64,000 bases of DNA from contig CAYGJA010000001.1 of assembly GCA_964350165.1 (NCBI GenBank), positions 174,545 to 238,544 on the forward strand, read 5' to 3'. Position numbers and translations under genes: made by a program. The notes beneath the pieces were generated by a model. That model was not told the origin of the DNA and made no database searches. It worked only from the letters and a program-made list of their open reading frames with translations. Shown here piece after piece: positions 58,782 to 64,000 of this stretch (the stretch's first letter is position 1; every line of letters starts with the position of its first letter). The stretch comes from an uncultured Candidatus Saccharibacteria bacterium (GTDB lineage Bacteria > Patescibacteriota > Minisyncoccia > Phycocordibacterales > UBA1006).

Positions 58782-58784
58782 CTA

Positions 58785-60902
58785 TTGGGTCTTTATTCGC
58801 TAGTTAAAAACTGTATGGATCATAGTAAACACGCAGAACATAAAAAAGATACATCTGGGCATGATTGTTGCCATGATGAATCTCCTCAACAAAAAACTCA
58901 TCGTACTCATGAAATGCCTCATGATGGTGCGAGTTGCCATAGTGATAGTGGTAGCCATGGTGCACCTGGCATGAGTCATGGTAGTGCCAAAGATTTCCTG
59001 AAACGATTTTGGACTGTTACGGGACTTCTTGTTCCAATGGTTCTGCTTCATCCTGGAATCTTAGAGTTTCTTGGATTTGAAGTATTTCCAGCTACCAAAT
59101 GGATTCAATTTGGTTTGGCTGTTGTAATCTTCAGATTTGCTCTTGTCTTCTTTGAACATGCTTGGCATGAAATAAAAATGCGTCGCTATGGAATGATGAC
59201 GCTCGTCTCCATGGCTGTTGGTGCAGGATTTCTGTTTTCGGTGGCATCAACTTTCATTCCAGCTTTGGAAGCAGAATTCTACATTGAAATTTCATCGCTG
59301 GTTTGGGTTTTGTTGTTCGGTCATTATCTAGAGGCGCGATCCAGTAGTGCGGCTGGTAATGCCCTTCAAGAAGTGGCGAAATTACTCCCCAAGAAAGCGC
59401 ACAAGATAGTAGATGGTAAAGAGGTTGATGTAGATATTACTGAATTAAACCAAGGAGATACGGTCGTAGTAAAACCTGGCGAAAAAGTCCCTGCTGATGG
59501 AACAGTGATATCTGGGGGTGCAAATGTGAATGAATCATTGGTGTCGGGTGAATCAAAACCAATTAACAAATCATCAAAGAGTGAAGTTGTAGCGGGATCA
59601 ATTTGTTTGGATGGCTCACTTACAGTCGAGCTGAGCCGTGTCGGTGAAAACTCAACTGTAGGTCAGATCAAGAAGCTGATCGAACAAGCTGGTAAAACTA
59701 AGCCACGTTCACAGCGTATTGCAGACAAAGCTTCGGCAGTACTGACATTTGTTGCTGGAACGGTTGCGTTGCTTACGCTCCTGATCTGGACACTGGTTAT
59801 TGGGCAAACGTTTGTCTTCGCGATTACCTTGGCCATTACCGTGCTGGTTATTGCCTGTCCACATGCCCTCGGCCTGGCTATCCCAACTGTTACAACCATT
59901 ACCACATCGCTGGCGGTGAAAAACGGCTTCTTTATCAAAGACCTTAGTAAAATAGAAGTCATCCGCAAAGCTGATTATGTCGTTTTCGACAAAACTGGAA
60001 CTTTGACCAAAGGAGAATTTGGAGTAACCGAAATCGTAGCTTCTGGCAATGCGGATGAAGAGAAAGCACTCTCGGTTGCAGCTTCATTGGAACAGCATTC
60101 ATCCCACATCATTGGGCGCTCAATTCTCGAGTATACCAAGAAGAAAAACTCGGAATTGTCAGATATATCTGATTTCAAAAACATCGCTGGCCAAGGAGTG
60201 TCAGCAAAGATTGCTGATACAGAATACTTTGTAGGTAATGAAAGGTTAATTAAAACTCTGGGTTTCGATTTCAAATCACCTCAGGATCTATCAGGAACGG
60301 TTGTTTTCGTCGCAAGCACAAGTGAATTGCTAGGTTATATTGTGCTCGCTGATGCAGTCAAAGATCAATCATACAAAGCGGTCAAAGACTTGCATAAGAT
60401 GGGTGTAAAAGTAGCGATGCTGACGGGTGATAACGAAAAAGTTGCCAAGTCTGTATCTGATGAATTGGGTATTGATACGTATTTTGCTAATGTTATGCCC
60501 GAGGATAAATATACCCATATCAGAGGCCTTCAAGACGGCGGTAATGTGGTGCTGATGGTTGGCGATGGTGTCAACGATGCGCCAGCACTAACTCAGGCGG
60601 ATGCAGGAATTGCGATTGGTGCGGGTACTGATGTAGCAGTCGAGTCGGGGGATGTAGTATTGATGGATAATGACCCATCTGATATTGCACGACTGATTAC
60701 ACTGTCGAAAAAGGTCTATACCAAAATGATTCAGAACCTCATTTGGGCACTGGGATATAACATCATCGCTATTCCCGCGGCGGCAGGAGTATTTGCTGGA
60801 CTTGGATTCTTCCTGCGTCCTGAAATTGGGGCGCTATTGATGAGCCTCTCGACGGTGATTGTAGTAGCAAATGCAATGAGATTAAAAAGAATCAAATTAT
60901 GA
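58785..60902 (+). CDS. copB: copper-transporting P1B-type ATPase, CopB-like (CPH motif, His-rich N-terminus, no HMA domain)
   Basis: DKTGTLT phosphorylation site. TM6 motif IACPHALGLA (CPH). GDGVNDAPAL hinge. The N-terminal 70 aa are rich in His/Cys (HSKHAEHKKDTSGHDCCHDE...SHGAPGMSHGS). An alternative start is Met at 58815. Confidence 0.9.
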   Translation: MGLYSLVKNCMDHSKHAEHKKDTSGHDCCHDESPQQKTHRTHEMPHDGASCHSDSGSHGAPGMSHGSAKDFLKRFWTVTGLLVPMVLLHPGILEFLGFEVFPATKWIQFGLAVVIFRFALVFFEHAWHEIKMRRYGMMTLVSMAVGAGFLFSVASTFIPALEAEFYIEISSLVWVLLFGHYLEARSSSAAGNALQEVAKLLPKKAHKIVDGKEVDVDITELNQGDTVVVKPGEKVPADGTVISGGANVNESLVSGESKPINKSSKSEVVAGSICLDGSLTVELSRVGENSTVGQIKKLIEQAGKTKPRSQRIADKASAVLTFVAGTVALLTLLIWTLVIGQTFVFAITLAITVLVIACPHALGLAIPTVTTITTSLAVKNGFFIKDLSKIEVIRKADYVVFDKTGTLTKGEFGVTEIVASGNADEEKALSVAASLEQHSSHIIGRSILEYTKKKNSELSDISDFKNIAGQGVSAKIADTEYFVGNERLIKTLGFDFKSPQDLSGTVVFVASTSELLGYIVLADAVKDQSYKAVKDLHKMGVKVAMLTGDNEKVAKSVSDELGIDTYFANVMPEDKYTHIRGLQDGGNVVLMVGDGVNDAPALTQADAGIAIGAGTDVAVESGDVVLMDNDPSDIARLITLSKKVYTKMIQNLIWALGYNIIAIPAAAGVFAGLGFFLRPEIGALLMSLSTVIVVANAMRLKRIKL

Positions 60903-62320
60903 AAAATCAGAACATGAACATTCGCATAGGTCTGGTTTTTGTTGCTGTAGTTGTTCTGGGTATTCTTGTGATATCAAATAACGATAAGACTGTTTCGAAA
61001 TTCTCTCTGCCAGACAAACAAGCTCTTGCAGAAGAGTTTAATGATGCTTTCAGAGAGAACAAAGAGCCAAATGGAACTATCATCGAGTACGCGATAACAG
61101 CAGAGCCGGCATCAATTGAACTTCCAAGTGGAACAATTACCAATGCTTGGGCATATAACGGCCGCACTCCTAGTCCTGAAATCCGTCTGACGCTTGGTGA
61201 TACTCTTCGCATTCCATTTACCAATAATCTTCCAGACGAAACCACCATTCACTTTCACGGTATACGAGTTCCTAATGCGATGGATGGCGTGCCAGGCGTC
61301 ACTCAAAATCCTATTCAACCGGGCGAATCCTTCGTCTATGAGTTCACTCCAAAAGATGCTGGAACATTTTGGTTTCATCCACATGTCCGAGGTTCAGAAC
61401 AGCTTGAACGAGGACTCTACGGAACTATTATCGTTGAAGACAAGTACACCCAATCTCTCGATCAGGATTACGTTATCATTCTGGATGATTGGCGACTTTC
61501 ATCTGCTACTACAATCAATGAGACTTTCAACCACCCTCATGATATCGCTCACGATGGACGGTGGGGTGATATTACGGTCAATAATAAAGTCTCAGAGATT
61601 ATTACAGCGAGACCAGGCGAACATATCAGATTGCGATTCGTGAATACTGCTAATGGCAGAGTCTTTCAGCCTGTCTTTTCTCAGCCTGTACAGCTAGTGG
61701 CCGTAGACGGGATGTCTTTGGCAGAACCAATCCCATACGAGACGATGGAAGTTGCTCCGGGAAATCGTATCGACGTCGAGTTTATTGCTGAGAGCGATTT
61801 CAGTGTTGTCGACACCTTTTTTGGCAGACTCAACATGCTTCTTAATGTAGAAGTTTCTGGCGAAAAAGTGACTTCAACTATAATCGACTACCCCAAAAGC
61901 ATTCACATTCCAGCTTGGAATTCAGCCGAGGCTATCTCTGCTAAACCAGATATCGAATATGTACTCGACGCCGATGGTGGAGGCATGATGGGGATGATGG
62001 CCTTCAACTGGAGTATCAACGATGATTTGTACAGAGAAGACACGCCACTATCCCTTACTCGCGAAGAAGTATCTAAGATTCGATTTCGCAATGACTCACT
62101 TCGCTTCCACCCTATGCATCTTCATGGTCAATTCTTCAAGGTTATTGCTCGGGACGGAAACCCTGTTGATGAGCCATATTGGCGAGATACCATCCTGGTA
62201 CATGGAGTTGAAACCATCGACGTAATGCTTATGCCACGAGATGTCGGTGAATGGGCCATGCATTGCCATATTCAAGAACATGCTGAAGCTGGCATGATGA
62301 CTACTTTAATTGTTAACTAA
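60899..62320 (+). CDS. multicopper oxidase (CueO/laccase-like)
   Basis: Four copper-ligand motifs: HFHGIRVPNAMDG, WFHPHV, HPMHLHG, HCHIQEHAEAGMM. The start overlaps the copB stop (ATGA). Confidence 0.88.
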   Translation: MKNQNMNIRIGLVFVAVVVLGILVISNNDKTVSKFSLPDKQALAEEFNDAFRENKEPNGTIIEYAITAEPASIELPSGTITNAWAYNGRTPSPEIRLTLGDTLRIPFTNNLPDETTIHFHGIRVPNAMDGVPGVTQNPIQPGESFVYEFTPKDAGTFWFHPHVRGSEQLERGLYGTIIVEDKYTQSLDQDYVIILDDWRLSSATTINETFNHPHDIAHDGRWGDITVNNKVSEIITARPGEHIRLRFVNTANGRVFQPVFSQPVQLVAVDGMSLAEPIPYETMEVAPGNRIDVEFIAESDFSVVDTFFGRLNMLLNVEVSGEKVTSTIIDYPKSIHIPAWNSAEAISAKPDIEYVLDADGGGMMGMMAFNWSINDDLYREDTPLSLTREEVSKIRFRNDSLRFHPMHLHGQFFKVIARDGNPVDEPYWRDTILVHGVETIDVMLMPRDVGEWAMHCHIQEHAEAGMMTTLIVN

Positions 62321-62331
62321 TCAGATCTTAT

Positions 62332-63066
62332 ATGAATGAAAAAACAAGTTTTACTTTGACCACACCAATTGCTGTCATTATCGCAGGCCTCATTATTGCT
62401 GGTGCGATTGTATTTACAAACACAACTACCACCGATTCGACAAATCAGATTGCAGCCGTAGATTCAGTGGAAACAGGACAAATTGCTCCCCAAGGTGATC
62501 CACTAGAAGCAATGCTCCCTATAGACAAAAACGATCATGTCCGCGGTGCAAAGAACCCCAAAGTAACCATTGTTGAGTATTCTGACTATGAATGTCCATT
62601 CTGTAAGCGTTTTCACAATACGATGCTGAATCTTGTCGACAAATATCCTAACAATCTCGCCTGGGTATATCGCCATTGGCCTATTGAAGGGCTTCACCCA
62701 GTAAAAGCAAGGCGTGAAGCATTGGCTGCTGAATGTGCTGCCGACCAAAAAGGAAGTGATGGATTCTGGGAATTCAGTGATCGTTTTATGGAGCTCACTC
62801 CGTCAAACAACCGAACTAACCTTGAAAAAGTTCTTCCTCAGATAGCAGACGAAATGGGACTTAATCAGAAAAAATTCTTTGATTGTATTGATTCAGAGAA
62901 GTTTGCCGATAAAGTTGACCATGATACAGAGAATGCTCTTGCAACAGGTGGGTCAGGAACACCATGGAGCATTATCATTCTCCCTGATGGAACGAAAGTT
63001 CCTCTCAATGGTGCACAACCTGAAGAAGCTATTAGCAAACTCATTGACTCAGTTCTTGGGGAATAG
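62332..63066 (+). CDS. DsbA-like thiol:disulfide oxidoreductase (thioredoxin fold), membrane-anchored
   Basis: N-terminal TM. Active site YSDYECPFCKRFH (CPFC). DsbA/BdbD-like length. Confidence 0.8.
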   Translation: MNEKTSFTLTTPIAVIIAGLIIAGAIVFTNTTTTDSTNQIAAVDSVETGQIAPQGDPLEAMLPIDKNDHVRGAKNPKVTIVEYSDYECPFCKRFHNTMLNLVDKYPNNLAWVYRHWPIEGLHPVKARREALAAECAADQKGSDGFWEFSDRFMELTPSNNRTNLEKVLPQIADEMGLNQKKFFDCIDSEKFADKVDHDTENALATGGSGTPWSIIILPDGTKVPLNGAQPEEAISKLIDSVLGE

Positions 63067-63068
63067 TC

Positions 63069-63608
63069 GTGCTGAGCGTACTTCGTACAGCTTTCTCAAG
63101 GCCAATAACGGTCATGGCCACACTATCAATCAGTGTCGTCTTGTTTACCTTTATTATCTTCTTTCCGCATAGAGAAACGTTCCTGGCTCTCAGCAACGCT
63201 GGAGCAAGTGGGTCAGTCATTTTTTCGTTCCTTGGGGTAGTATTCAGTAATAACACAATTGTTTCGTTGTCTGGAGCAGTCCTCGTTTCTCTTCTCACGG
63301 GGATATATGTCCCACTATTCATCGCGTATATTAAAAAGTTTGGTTGGCACAAGACTAGACTTAGCGGGCTAGGAGGGTCAATTCTTGGTATGCTTGGAAT
63401 AGGCTGTGTTGCTTGCGGTTCTACAATCCTTGTACCACTACTCAGTGTGTTGGGATTAGGGGGATTTTTGGCGGGATTACCATTTAGAGGTGAAGAATTT
63501 CTCTTCATGGGAATACTGATCCTTCTTATGTCCCTTTATTATTTACTTAAAAATATGAACAAACCTATGGTTTGTTTGACTAAACCCGATAAAAACTATG
63601 AGAAATAA
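63069..63608 (+). CDS. hypothetical membrane protein with CxxC (GCVACG) in a TM segment
   Basis: 4-5 TM. CVAC motif. Adjacent to the DsbA-like gene, so it may be a redox partner. Inference only. Confidence 0.4.
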   Translation: MLSVLRTAFSRPITVMATLSISVVLFTFIIFFPHRETFLALSNAGASGSVIFSFLGVVFSNNTIVSLSGAVLVSLLTGIYVPLFIAYIKKFGWHKTRLSGLGGSILGMLGIGCVACGSTILVPLLSVLGLGGFLAGLPFRGEEFLFMGILILLMSLYYLLKNMNKPMVCLTKPDKNYEK

Positions 63609-64000
63609 CAAACACCAATGGTTCGCATGGCTTTCCATAATCGGAGGCTTGCTCCACCTATTATTCGTATCATTCCTCCATCGAGAAAACTTTATCGAAT
63701 TGTGGTTCTTTACGACCGCTGGATCGGTGCAGGCCTTCTTGGGTGCATATGCATTACTTCATCAGGATAAGTGGCGCAAACTCATACCAACATTAATTGT
63801 CATCCATGGATCACTAATTGTAATGTGGGCTGCCACCCGCATCTTCCCAGCCCCATTCCTGACATTCCCAGAAGCAGTAGGGGGTGCAGATATCATTGTT
63901 GTAATTGCTGAACTCTTGGCCGTTATCGTTGGATTGCAAATTCTTTTCCGACTACGAAAATCATTCATTGCTACCACTCTCATTCTTTCTTTACTGATTG
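63598..64000 (+). CDS. hypothetical membrane protein, 5' fragment (continues past window end)
   Basis: ATG at 63598. The open frame runs to the end of the window with multiple hydrophobic segments (MRNNKHQWFAWLSIIGGLLHLLFVSF...). Confidence 0.4.
   Translation, partial: MRNNKHQWFAWLSIIGGLLHLLFVSFLHRENFIELWFFTTAGSVQAFLGAYALLHQDKWRKLIPTLIVIHGSLIVMWAATRIFPAPFLTFPEAVGGADIIVVIAELLAVIVGLQILFRLRKSFIATTLILSLLI

Overview
The window has two parts. Positions 1-46.2 kb are a conserved core block of a small, streamlined bacterial genome. Gene content and several domain fusions suggest a Patescibacteria/CPR-like organism, but that placement is inference. The minus strand carries dnaG (partial), rpoC, rpoB, trmD, a KH-domain protein, rpsP, smc, rnc, nusB, rpmF and rnhB. 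The plus strand carries rnr, dnaE and thrS. The block also holds gyrB and a pentose-phosphate/glycolysis cluster: a PfkB kinase, a split transketolase, rpe, rpiB and gap. Repair genes follow: a UvrD-type helicase fused to a Cas4-like nuclease, a MutY-like glycosylase, an AlkD-like domain and msrB. The block ends with pyrD. Unusual fusions are NusB-Nudix, RpiB with a 2-TM tail, and a Cys-less low-molecular-weight phosphatase fused to AlkD. Positions 47.2-64 kb are AT-richer and look horizontally acquired. The first stretch (about 47.2-55.7 kb) is a prophage-remnant or satellite-like integrative element. It has a three-gene minus-strand operon: a LexA-like S24 repressor, a cGAS/DncV-like (SMODS) nucleotidyltransferase and a 2-TM effector. 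This is a minimal CBASS-type defence module apparently under an SOS-like repressor. The same element carries a ParB-DNA methyltransferase fusion, a small terminase subunit, a large terminase subunit interrupted by one in-frame TAG, a zinc-ribbon membrane protein and a large serine recombinase. Downstream of the recombinase is a copper/redox island: CsoR, a rhodanese-DUF1573 fusion, a DUF1573 paralog, CxxC membrane proteins, a His-rich CPH-type CopB P-type ATPase, a multicopper oxidase and a DsbA-like oxidoreductase. A 520-bp structured intergenic region (46.74-47.25 kb) sits at the junction of core and island. It may hold an ncRNA or attachment site, but I could not identify it confidently. 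I found no rRNA, tRNA or CRISPR array.
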